Shown here: one piece after another, positions 12,025 through 24,412 of the stretch
Layout: every line of letters starts with the position of its first letter
How positions within the stretch are numbered: position 1 is the stretch's first letter
NCBI GenBank assembly: GCA_032718475.1
Contig: JAUCBJ010008257.1
Location: 7,624-71,623 of the forward strand
DNA: 64,000 bases
Source of the DNA: Nemertoderma westbladi
Taxonomy: Eukaryota > Animalia > Xenacoelomorpha
Direction of reading: 5' to 3'
Translations under genes and position numbers: made by a program
The notes under the pieces: generated by a model
The model's input: the letters and a program-made list of their open reading frames with translations, nothing else
Database searches by the model: none
Told to the model about the DNA's origin: nothing

Positions 12025-14885
12025 TCCGAATATTAAATGTTATTGGAAGTCACTTTATGAAATAATTTCGATTTAATTGACAAACCAATAGTAGTTGTAA
12101 AAGATTCAGAACTACAGTATGTTAATTATTCGATAATCCGTTTTATAATAATATATTATAAAGCCCTATTATTACTGTAATGTAAGGGGGGCAGTAATTT
12201 ATTGCTATATGCAACCTAATTAATTGAAATGTCATAAAAATTCGATTAGTCAATGCTCCATGATATATTACAGGATTTATAATTTCAGACCGTAGGCTAC
12301 TCAACTCACTCTACCCAGATTCCAGATATGCATAATGCAGAGAGATACTTACTGTATGTAATGATACCGGTATGTATTATGCATATAATTTATTATTATA
12401 ATGTTGACCCAGGGAATAGATGCAATTATTGTAAATGTCTACCCTTGCCAAACTACCGTATTGTATCGAACGTTTACTGTTGTATACGGAACCTTAGTAG
12501 ATGTACATTAGTTTACCAGAAGGGTGAATATTTAATTGGTCTGGTAATAAGTTTAGTGAAATATCTGACAACGACTTGTGATTTATATTTGTTTGACTCT
12601 TTGTTATCGATTAAATGAGAAAGACTTTTAATTAACAGATGCCGCCGTTTGAGCCAGTTTGTGATTAAATCCCTTAAAACGGACTGCCGGAACGCTTGTT
12701 ACGGATATTTTTTTTTAAAGAAATTGTTGAATGTTATTAAAATTATTGAAAATACAAATTTGTAAAATTTATATCAGCTTGCTTAATGAGACAGGGGGTG
12801 GGGGAAAACTGGACGCAAATCCCATCTTGGCGAATTATTATCCCGCCTCAATGTTAAATTCTCAATTTAGGGAAAGGAGCAGGTTATAGTGGCACGTTAT
12901 TTTAACCAAAACAATAAACTAAACACAACAGAACAGGTTACAGTTTTATTTTTGAGAGTAATCAGCTGTTATTTGCGTCGAATTTACCATGGAGAGGGAT
13001 GCATTTTTATTGCGTCCAGTTTCCCCCCCCCCCCTACAGTATCTGGCATAAATATACTTTCCTAATGAAGAAAACCTCTCCGTAAATATGAATTTGAAAT
13101 GATGTATCTCTAATTATTTTATTTTTACTAAAATATAATATAATTTTTACAATTTCATAGAAGCTAACATTGTGAATAACAATGTATTGTAGAGTACCTA
13201 CTGTATACACCCTACGGTAATGTGTCGTAAGATTCTTATCGAGTTTTGAGAGATTGCCCTTGTGCTGCTTTGAAGTAGCAACAACTACGCAGATACTCCG
13301 CTACCCTAAGGTACATAGTTTAATCCACTACTACGGGTAAATATTTCCGCGGGTCAATAATATTCCTGTGCGAAACAGTTTAGTTAATGGCCTTTTTCCC
13401 GAAACCGAATCTATTGCGTCCTGGAAATAATGTCTGTGATTTTATGCCGGACAATGAATACCAGGTGGTATTTATACACGTGTAACAACACAGTGATGAA
13501 AATAATGTTATGACAATTGCACTTATACAACGACTGTTTAACCAATACTCTACATCTATCCATACGGTGCCTACAAAAAGGTCATCTTACACTATACTGT
13601 ACTGTGATATAACTACAGTATTTTTGCGTCTTAAATGCTATGGAATGAATAAATAGTAATGAAAAAAAATTGAATTGCAACAAGAAATATAAATTAACAT
13701 TAAGGTATCTACTGTACAGTATTTATTTTTTTATTAGCTCGGTGTCATCCAATATATTAATAGCAAGGTTGATGTGAACTTTAGCTGGGCCTGACTACTG
13801 AGTACTGTTACTGTTGTTGATGGATGAAACTGACAGCTGCTGCTGATCTGTAATTATACCCCAGACTCGGATATTAATATCCTTCCACTCTAATTATGCC
13901 GCCGCGTTAGGAAGAGTACATACGATAGGGAGCGTACCAACCAAGGGATGTAACTGTATTGATTAGTCGGTTATTTTACGTTGCTGTTTAAGTGTGGGGC
14001 GAGCCACGATAGTAAGCGACCTTAAAATGAGGGTACCACTACCACAATCGGTGTGTTTGCCGTTCTGTCGCGTCCAATATTTAAACGTTAATAACCAAAC
14101 TTGGTACAAATTCCACGTAGAATTTACATGTTGACTTCGAGAAGGTAAGATAAAATCGTATAATTAGTTAATTATATTATGTTAATTTCAGTATTATTAA
14201 ATTAATGGCTGGAATCCCCATAGCCCAATCCATTATAAGCCTTTAAATAGTTCAGGTGATTTACGTTAAGAGATGTGTTTTTAATTGCTCTAAACCTACA
14301 GTAATTTAACTTAAAATTCACCTTCTCTTAATGTTGTTTTTATCTTCCCATATAGGTCTACTGTATAAGGATTTAATCCAAATCTGTCCGCACCGCATTA
14401 CTATCGATCAATGGTGCTATTTTGCCTGGTTGGGAGGCATTGGAAAGCGAGTATTGTACAAACACCGAGAAACGGTATAAAAGCATAGTTTATGCCGGTG
14501 ATAGCAGACACTCAATTATTTATACCGCTACACGAAGACTTACCTAGACTTAGTGGCTCTTCAAATAAATATAAAATTACGTTAATAAAAAAATTGTACA
14601 TAGAAATAAATCAGTACCTGGACCGGCCCGGATACGATTACTGTTCCTGACAGAATTTCCTTCTTCCAACTCCATTCAAGGTACCGTTTGTTACTATTAT
14701 AGCTTGGGGTGCTTCATTTTTATTCTACACTCAATAATAACCTTATATCATATTATCTTATAGTTACAGGAAAAATCGGAAAATTAAAATTTATAGGTGG
14801 GATTATGGGATTGAACCCGGTATCTCGAATTCCAATTCCAATGGTTACTATAGGTTTCGCTACGCGCTACACGGACCGGTGTACA

Positions 14886-15492
14886 AGGCTGAGATTATTC
14901 CCTCTTGAAATGACTCCTCAGTCGTCTCAGTCTAGGCTGAGAACATGCCTCAGTCGTCTCAGTCTAGGCCGACTAACACTCCCCAGTTTTACTCACCTAA
15001 CACTGACACCTTAGGCTGAGATGACTCCCCAAATTGCGAAAAACCCTACAAATAATTATATCTTAAAGTTAAATCCCGATGGCTGCCTTTCTCAATATTA
15101 AATAATTATATTAAATACTGTAGTTACAAAAGCCCTATTCTGGTACCTGCTCTTTTTTCACATTTTGTATTGTAAACTGTTTATTGTTTTGGTTAGCCTA
15201 CCCTGTAACCTACCCCTTTCCCCCAATTGGTAATTTTATCGTTTATTGTTTTGGTTAGTAAAGACCGTCTATGTAACCTGCTCCTTTCTCTTAATTGAAG
15301 AAATGCATACATAAAAAGTCATTCTGCGGACAACAAAAGTATTATGCAAAATTCATAAAAAATGGCGGACAAAAAAGTCAAATGAACGGAAATAAAAAAA
15401 TCATTGCCAAAAAGTACTATGCTTATTTATGCTGCCAGTACAATTTTTTGCAACAAGATCTGTAGATAGAGGGGAATTATCTCAGCCTAAGG
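14886..15492. mobile_element. Small non-autonomous element with AGGCTGAGAT inverted repeats
   Basis: CCTTAGGCTGAGATGACTCCCC (15009-15030) and AGGCTGAGATTATTCCCTCT (14886) both pair with GGGGAATTATCTCAGCCTAAGG (15471-15492). Confidence 0.45.
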
Positions 15493-16374
15493 GGGCTTAC
15501 TTTCGATTTTAGGGTGGTTCTGTTGTAGGCGAGTACTGCTGTAGTTCAGCAGTACACAAGTCAGCGAGTCGCAGGTAGTAGCTGGAACTATGTTTAATGT
15601 TTAAGGTATTAGAAAGCCTAAGCTTGTTGAACCTGTACAAGTAAAATCAACAATCGAACAATAATACAAAATAAATCTAAGTACGTTGATATATGTAAAT
15701 AAGTTATGTTAGAACTAGTACATAAATTATATTTAAAATAGCATATGTAATGGTTAAAATCTGGTTAAAACTACTAGTTCGCGAATAATAGTTAAAAAAA
15801 AAAAGTTTAACCTCTAAGTAAAATAATTATATGTTGAATAAAAATTGGAGGATCAGTAGATTACACTAAAAGGTTTTACATATAATAGGTATAACATATC
15901 TTTGAATTCATAGAGATTATTTAAAACCTCGTTTGTAAAAAAAGGTTTGTTAAAAAATGAAATAAAATTAATTAAAAATATAAAAAATATATGATAAAAC
16001 AACGAATGAAAGTTGGTGTTGTAATTAAAAATTTAAAAATATATGATAGAACATAGTTGGTGCTGTAATTGAAAATTTAAAAATATATGATAAAACAACG
16101 AATGAAAGTTGGTGTTGTAATTAAAAAATCTATCTGCAGACCAGCAGACTGCAGATCTGAGTCTGAGCGGTGCTGCGTCTGCGTGATGGCTGATAGCTGA
16201 GTCTGTACAGTACAGCTGTAACGCAGTACTGTAGTAGGCCTACCGTAATGCACAACCATCAGTCCATGGGTACAACTATAGCAGTATAGTACCGGTACCT
16301 ATGGCCTCTTTTCTTTGTCCTTTAAAATTATTCATTATATGGTTGTTGTAGTAACTTAGTATCGTAGTACCGGT

Positions 16375-16962
16375 ATGTTACTTCACTCTGGAATACTTCT
16401 TGCCTTGTTACCTACTTGGTTGGTAACCTTCGTAACAGCAGCCTACGGTATTTATGGCGGTGAACTCGAACTATTACAGTCATTCAGCGGTACCGTAACT
16501 GGTGGGAATCTGACTTATTACCAATTAAACATGGAAGGTAACATAGTCATCCAGTTAGAAAGTACCCATGGCGACGCAGATATCTATGTATCTTCCAAAA
16601 ACATTCCATATCCCGATACGACCCACTATGATTTGTCATCATGGACCTGTGGACAGGATATTGTTACCATACCCTGGACTTTAGATAGGCCTATCTCCAT
16701 CGGCATATACGGTTACGAAGTATTCCCAATGAGCCACTTTACTTTGACTCTGTATTCGGGGTCATTGGATCCCTATGTTGTTGAAGAGACAGAATCTATT
16801 GAGGAGAGCGATGGTAAACCCGAGAAGGATTCCGGTAGTAGTGGTTCCCGCAGGAGGTCTTACGATACAAACCCCCGATACGGTGGTGAAGACGACTCGG
16901 ATTCTATTATTTGGAACGTTTTTGTAACGATCGTTAAAGTTTTATTGGAAGCTCTTGTTTAA
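16375..16962 (+). CDS. UPF0669 / C6orf120 homolog
   Basis: Signal peptide, then GGNLTYYQL...GDADIYVS...YDLSSWTCGQDIVTIP..RPISIGIYG, and the C-terminal IIWNVFVTIVKVLLEALV helix typical of the family. Confidence 0.88.
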   Translation: MLLHSGILLALLPTWLVTFVTAAYGIYGGELELLQSFSGTVTGGNLTYYQLNMEGNIVIQLESTHGDADIYVSSKNIPYPDTTHYDLSSWTCGQDIVTIPWTLDRPISIGIYGYEVFPMSHFTLTLYSGSLDPYVVEETESIEESDGKPEKDSGSSGSRRRSYDTNPRYGGEDDSDSIIWNVFVTIVKVLLEALV

Positions 16963-17773
16963 TATTCAATATTATAAAATCTATATTTATTTAATATTCG
17001 AATTATTTTAGTTAAATTCTCTTTGAGTACCGGTTGGTTAATGAAATAGATATTTTTTAGAAAAATGCATTTATAATAAAACTATAAATGTAGGCCTACA
17101 CGTACAGTACAGTATATTCCTATTGTATGCAGAATATTATTTAAATATTACTTTGAATACGTAATTTATTTTCGGTAGCATCTATTTTATCTATTATGAA
17201 ATGTGGAAAGAAATGGTAATTATCAGTTCAGAAAAAGGGGTAGATTACATTGGCAGTGGCACGTCTTTCTAACCTAAACGATAATCGAATGGCAATAACG
17301 CAGGTTACAGTTTTATTTTTTCTCAAAATCATCCCAACCCCCTCCCTCTTATCTGTTTATGGGAGGCTTAGGTAGTCTCAACATGACCTACTATTAAGGT
17401 ATTGTTTTATAATAAATTTCTATCTAGTTAAGAGTGTAGGATCTGAAAGGACCCAATGGTATTGAATAATTGATATTATATTTAGAAATTCAGCTCTGCT
17501 GTGTATTTCACCCATTGCCATTAATTAGTATTATTGTTCATACACATGCCGAGGCAGGGTACAGATGTAATTAGTAGGAGTGCATTTTTTTAAGTATTAT
17601 TGGTTTGGTACCGTGCCTTACTTACTTTATATTACTTAATGGTCTCAAATTCATAAGTAAACTAAATGTTTTCAATTTTAGGTACATTATCTGTGGATGT
17701 CATTATCACCATCTACAGGAGCTATAATGGGTTGATGCGCTTTCAGAATAATAAACTGAACCAAAGCCAATAA

Positions 17774-20155
17774 CAATGCCGGATTAATCCTCTGGTGGCC
17801 CTAAGGGGGCGTTCATAAAGTATGTCACGCAAATTTTTCCGATTTTTGACCCCACCCCCCCCCCCCCCCCCCTCTTTCACATTAGACAATTTGTAATACC
17901 CCCCCCCCCCCCCCCCCCCGCCATGACAAAAAATATTTTATTGTAATAATACACAATGTTTGTTATGCCAAAATACAATATAAATTCAATCACTATATCT
18001 ACATTTTCCCACGGGCAAGTCAAGTGTTCTTATTCTATATTAATAACAGGTATTACAGTGTTGGAGTCAATGGCTTCTATGTCCTACTCAATTTATCGAT
18101 TATACTCAATGTTATTGAGTTTATTGTTTTAAAGTTACCCACTCTTCTAAACATGTGTGAGAGTCAAAGCCAAGCAATCATTAAAGCATAGAACATCGCT
18201 GTGACCGTCACAAAAGTCGTCACCCCCCTCCCCCCTCTGTCACAAAATGTCACGCAAGCTCTAACCCCCCCCCCCCCCCCCCAGTCTAGTACGTGACATA
18301 CTTTATGAACGCCCCCTAAGGCACATTTTAGTAATTTCCAAAAATGGCCCGAAAATTGATATTTTTCCGCAAACCCTTTCAAAAGAAAAAGCTGCTAAAA
18401 ACAACTGAAATTGTGAAAATGTTGCGAAGGAAATATAAAGTATTTTCGTTGGATGACTAACTGCGTGCAAATAAGTACTAATTACTTTAATAATAAGTAG
18501 GCCTACTTTGCAAAAATAGTTTTAATCAAGAATTTTTAACATTACTAAACGGTATATTATGCCTATAAAACCTTTGCTGTAAAATGTGTAATGGTTATGG
18601 TAGAATTTCTCAAGCTTTAATTTTTTAATATACATGTATTAATGGGACCATTACTGCATTACCCAAAATCTGTTTGTTTTATTTATAAAGCTACTATTCT
18701 GATACTTTACACAATGATCTGTGATCTTTTATATACTATGAAAACTGAGTATAGATGGCTTCATAAACTCTTTGTTCGAAAAATATGGCACTTTTTGAGC
18801 AGGTCGGTTTTTTCAAAATTAGTTGCAAAAAAATTGTTACAAAATCGGCTCCAGAAGATCCAAATGGCCATGTTTTACAAAACCAACGATAGTAGTCCTA
18901 AAGCTGCTGAACAGTTTGGTATATGTTTGATGGCAATTGAGTAAAAAATAAAATAGTAGTAGGGAATTTAGTGATGAAAAAAGTCAAAATTGACAAACTG
19001 ATAAAAAGGTTTTTTATACAGAAGAGAGTCATAAATATCAGCAATATATTATGTTGTTGAAAAGAGCTGTTTTGAGGTAAAAAAAATAATTCAATGTTGA
19101 AAATCGATATCACCTTATGAAAGCCCATCTATCAAACTACAAAAAATTGTGCAAATTTTCGAAAATTTCATTTCTGTGGTGGTTATAGTTGGCCCCCTTA
19201 AGGATGACTGGCGTTTAGCAATTTTGATCGGATCGTGGGAATGTGGTATTTATTTGCTGTAGGGTAGGTTTTGCAGGGTACTTATCTTAACAGGACTTGC
19301 TGAGAAATATAAAACACCAAAAGTGTGGGCTTACTGCAAAGATATAATATTTCTGATCTATATTTGGACTTGCTGAGAAATAAATGTTCTCCGATAGAAA
19401 ACAGCCTCGGAAATAAGTACTTTTTGTCACTAATTTTAATTTACCAAATTCAATTATGCTGCCCAATTATGCTTTTAGGTTTTTCAGGAATTGCACCTAA
19501 AATGCCATCGAATGCAAAATTCAATACACGAGGGCAGAACATCTGAATTTTGGTTAAATTAAATTAGTGTCAAGAAGTTATTTCTGACACGTTTTTTTTT
19601 TATCAACAACTATTTTATCTACAATTAATTTATCCTTTTTTTATCTATTTGGGCCTATGTATTTATAAAACTCGTTCCCGGTAAAAAAAAATTAATTTCG
19701 CACTACCATATCTCCACGCCATACATTTACTATGTACAGTATTTCCAGTATGTCACCACGTCATTATTTTTGGTTGTTCCAGAAAGTTTTAAGTAGCATA
19801 ACTACAAATAATTCCCCACAAATAAATAAAATTAGATTCGCCATTGTTCATAATTAGCACTTTAAAGTTTTACTGCCCATGTTTTATTATTTCCCTGCCA
19901 TCAGGGCTCGAACTAATAACACACAGCACCTGTCGGTCGACTGAGCTAGAATTTTGCACTTTCTATCACAAATTTAGGGATAGAAAGTAGTCGAAAGATG
20001 CACTTTCTTGCTCTGTTTTCTATAAATTTTAGTGAGAAAAAATGTGAACTTTTCAGATAAAAATATTTTTTTTCACAAGAATCACCCACTGAGAAAAAAT
20101 GGCCCGTATTTTCGGCTGCCCCTAAGGCACGTGCCTTAAGGTTAATCCGGCACTG
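17774..20155. mobile_element. Non-autonomous hAT element
   Basis: TIRs CAATGCCGGATTAA / TTAATCCGGCACTG and a perfect 8-bp TSD GCCAATAA (17766-17773; 20156-20163). No transposase ORF. Confidence 0.85.
17805..18316. mobile_element. PIF/Harbinger (Tourist-like) MITE nested in the hAT element
   Basis: TIRs GGGGGCGTTCATAAAGTATGTCACG / CGTGACATACTTTATGAACGCCCCC with a TAA TSD. Confidence 0.88.
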
Positions 20156-21000
20156 GCCAATAATAGTGAATAATGAACCAATAATAGTCTGAATTCATTG
20201 TGTCGTAACCTGTTGTGTCTTCCTTCTAGACACGAAGAAACATTAATTATCCTCCGTCGAAAGAACGAGCCAAATACAACTACAGTAACTCATTTTAACA
20301 TTCAACATTGTAACTTTCAACATCAGTTGAAAAACTTGTAACTCTATAATATAACATAATATAAATGTATATTATTTCTAAGACAAGTTGGACGGATACA
20401 ACAACATATAAACTTATGTAGCATCGTCTCAGCTAAGATAGCTATAAAACCGGTAAATAATAATACGTTAATTAAAATTCAATGAATATTGCGGGAGGTT
20501 GTCAACTGCTCGGGAGTTTGGTAACAGATGGAATATAGTTCACTGGTTCGGGTTATTCATAAAAACGAAGAAGTGGCTACTGACCTGACACACATTGACC
20601 GGACCCTCTAAATATCGTAATATGCCGCTGTGCGTGAAATCGTAGAAAGTCTTATTACCAACCTAAATCATGCTTTCAAGTTTCTATTAAACTAATTTTA
20701 CGAAACAAATATATCGTAGTTTAAGTGTGACAAGGTCTAAGTCAAAAAATGCTATTTTTCAGGAGAGCCTAAAAAAGATGTGGAGAGATATAGGGCCTTT
20801 CTGCAGTAAAATATTATCCGCTGGGATATAGGGCTTCACTTTACCACGCAATAATAATCACTTCCTATTGTTCGAAACTTCACCAGGTGATAGAGCAAGT
20901 TTTAAAGTGTAGAATTGTATAAAAAAAGTAAAATCTGACAAAAATCGACTTAAGGTCTTATGACACTTAAGCTAGGATATTTTCTTCGAAAAAACAATCT

Positions 21001-22265
21001 AAATAATAATAATAATGTTATATTTAACTAAAGCGCACTTTCTCCAGTAATTATAGGTCAAATGCGCATAACAATTAATGAGTTAAGGTGTTGTTGAGGG
21101 AAAGGCTAATCGGTATAAATGAGTATTTAGCAGCGATTTAAATGAGCTCAGGGTGGCAGCAGTGCGAATATTTGGTGGAAGTCCGTTAAATATTTTTGGT
21201 GCAGCGGCTGAGAACATGCGATCACCAAAAGTTTTGTAATTGGTCCAAAGTATCACTAATGTATGTTCATATTGTTGACGGGTTGGTTTTATGTTTATTT
21301 GTATTAAATCTGTAAGATATTCCGGTGATTGTGCGTTTAAACATTTCCAAGTTAATAGAGCAAGTTTGTATTTAAATCGATATGTAATGGGAAGCCAGTG
21401 CAACTTTTGTAGTAATGGTGTCACGTGAGTTCTAGAATATTTGCTGATCCGAAAAACCAAACGTGCACTATTGTTCATTATCATTTGAAGTTTGCAGAGA
21501 AGACAACCAGGTAATCCAAAATAGTGAGAATTGCAATAGTCCATTCTCGAAAACACCAATGAGGTAATCAATCTGATTGTTTGTTGTTCATCCAAATGTT
21601 TTCGAATTCTACTAATATTGCGAATATGAAAGTTTGATGCTTTGACGACAGCTATTATCTGTTTCTCCATACTCATATTGTTGTCTAGTATGCACCCAAG
21701 TGTTTTTAGATAAGGAACTGGTTAGATTGTTTTATTGCCAAAAACCAATTTTGGTTGCTGCTGAGATAAGCAATCTCCAATGGAAAAGCGATTTGTAATA
21801 ATCATAAACTCCGTCTTATTGCTATTAAGCTTAAGCATAAGATTTGCCGATGCCATCCATTGTTCTAGACATAAGACCTTTGTGGAGATTTCATTAGTAA
21901 TGCTGCAGATTAAACTGTCTTCAAATATGAAGTATAATTGGGAGTCATCCGCATACAAATGAAAATGTAGACTGAGATACGAACATAGCTGAGCCAAGGG
22001 AAGGGTGTAGATTAGATAAACCAAAGGTCCAAGAATAGACCCCTGGGGAAGTCCAGTGTCTAGCTTTACAAGCCATGATCGCACCCCATTTATTATTACC
22101 CAATAGAACCTAGATAGTTTTTAAACCAATTTAAAACTGGTCCTCTTAAACCAATATTATAAAGACATTGTAACATTATGTTGTAATCCACAGTATCAAA
22201 TGCGGCGGATTGATCTAGAATAGTGCAACTAGTTTCATGATATCTAAAGCAGACAATATATCATT
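21001..22265 (-). mobile_element. L2-clade LINE, 5'-truncated and frameshifted
   Basis: RT motifs GLPQGSILGP, YADDSQL and C-terminal SRMDYCNS...HVTPLLQKLHWLPI...WKCLN; 3' GCGCA..TGCGC stem and (ATT)n tail. Confidence 0.9.
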
Positions 22266-22514
22266 ATGTATCCGTGTAAGCGCCGTTTCAGTGGGATTGA
22301 ACCCAACGATATCTCGAATTCCAAGTTCAACGCTCTACAAATGAGGAAAAGCGGCATACTGTGTACCAATTTAGCAAAAGTAAAGTGGAAATCAACAACA
22401 ACACCAATAACAACACACGAGTGGTCTTACTATGTCTCGCTACGCGGTCCTAAAACGAAAACAATGATGACAAGAAAGACTGCTGAATAGAGGTACCGGT
22501 AGTGCAGGGCGCGC

Positions 22515-24047
22515 ACCACACAAATTCACTGGCAGGGAGAGTACTGGCTCAGCTGTTACACCACACAAATACACTCATAGGGAGAGTAGGCCTACTGGCT
22601 CAGCTGTTACACCACACAAATAAACTGATAGGGAGAGTACTGGCTCAGCTGTTACACCACACAAATACACTCATAGGGAGAGTACAGTAGGCCTACTGGC
22701 TCAGCTGTTGGACCACACAAATACACTGACAGGGAGAGTATGGAGTATTGGCTCAGCTGTTACACCACACAAATACACTGACAGGGGGAGTACTGGCTCA
22801 GCTGTTACACCACACAAATAAACTGATAGGGAGAGTACTGGCTCAGCTGTTACACCACACAAATACACTCATAGGGAGAGTAGGCCTACTGGCTCAGCTG
22901 TTACACCACACAAATACACCGACAGGGAGAGTACTGGCGCAGCTGTTACACCACACAAATACACTCATAGGGAGAGTAGGCCTACTGGTTCAGCTGTTAC
23001 ACCACACAAATGCACTGGCAGGGAGAGTACTGGCTCAGCTGTTACACCACACAAATACACTCATAGAGAGAGTAGGCCTACTGGCTCAGCTGTTACACCA
23101 CACAAATACACTGACAGGGAGAGTACTGGGTCAGCTGTTACACCACACAAATGCACTGGCAGGGAGAGTACTGGCTCAGCTGTTACACCACACAAATACA
23201 CACTCATAGGGAGAGTAGGCCTACTGGCTCAGCTGTTACACCACACAAATACACTGACAGGGAGAGTACTGGCTCAGCTGTTACACCACACAAATACACT
23301 GACAGGGAGAGTGCTGGCTCAGCTGTTACACCACACGAATACACTGATAGGGAGAGTACTGACTCAGCTGTTACACCACACAAATGCACTGGCAGGGAGA
23401 GTACTGGCTCAGCTGTTACACCACACAAATACACTCATAGGGAGAGTAGGCCTACTGGCTCAGCTGTTACACCACACAAATACACTGACAGGGAGAGTAC
23501 TGGCTCAGCTGTTACACCACACAAATACACTGACAGGGAGAGTGCTGGCTCAGCTGTTACACCACACGAATACACTGATAGGGAGAGTACTGACTCAGCT
23601 GTTACACCACACAAATGCACTGGCAGGGAGAGTACTGGCTCAGCTGTTACACCACACAAATACACTCATAGGGAGAGTAGGCCTACTGGCTCAGCTGTTA
23701 CACCACACAAATACACTGACAGGGAGAGTACTGGTTCAGCTGTTACACCACACAAATACACTGACAGGGAGAGTACTGACTCAGCTGTTACACCACACAA
23801 ATGCACTGGCAGGGAGAGTACTGGCTCAGCTGTTACACCACACAAATACACTCATAGGGAGAGTAGGCCTACTGGCTCAGCTGTTACACCACACAAATAC
23901 ACTGACAGGGAGAGTACTGGCTCAGCTGTTACACCACACAAATACGCTGACAGGGAGAGTACTGGCTCAGCTGTTACACCACACAAATACACTGACAGGG
24001 AGAGTGCTGGCTCAGCTGTTACACCACACAAATACACTGATAGGGAG
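22515..24047. repeat. 45/51-bp satellite (left part) with a 231-bp higher-order repeat
   Basis: Unit CTGGCTCAGCTGTTACACCACACAAATACACTGACAGGGAGAGTA; the 51-bp variant carries an extra GGCCTA; 231-bp periodicity (4x45+51) at 23204/23435/23666. Confidence 0.95.
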
Positions 24048-24268
24048 TGTGAGGATTACTCACAGGATCAGAAAACAATTACTGTAGTTTACTATAGTTC
24101 ATATATTAATTAATTCTTCTTCATCGTTATGCATACTGTCCTACTACCTCTAACTGCACAGCTGTGTAACATACAATTATCTCCTACTGCACAGCTGACT
24201 AATCAGTTGTATATTATAATTAATCAATATAATTAATCTGATTAAATTACATATTGGTTACTCTAACA
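24048..24268 (-). repeat. 3' LTR
   Basis: Identical by inspection to 28921-29141; preceded on the minus strand by PPT AGGAAGGGGGGTCA (24269-24282). Confidence 0.95.
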
Positions 24269-24412
24269 TGACCCCCCTTCCTAATTGCGGAGCACATTAT
24301 TAAATAAATATTTACACTAAATGAGATAAACAAGAGTATCATTAAAGGCTCATTAAAGTAAGACTGAACCTAATGAGATTGAAAGTGAAATAGACTCAAA
24401 AATAACTGATTA

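Noticed and set aside
14800-14880. tRNA-like fragment (also near 22285-22340)
   Set aside because: Only a reverse B-box/T-arm remnant shared by two loci; a decayed SINE head, not a tRNA.
22502-24113. Long repetitive ORFs (LAQLLHHTNTL..., AVTPHKYTDRES...) as protein genes
   Set aside because: They are by-products of 45/51-bp units (multiples of 3 with few stops), open in several frames and on both strands.
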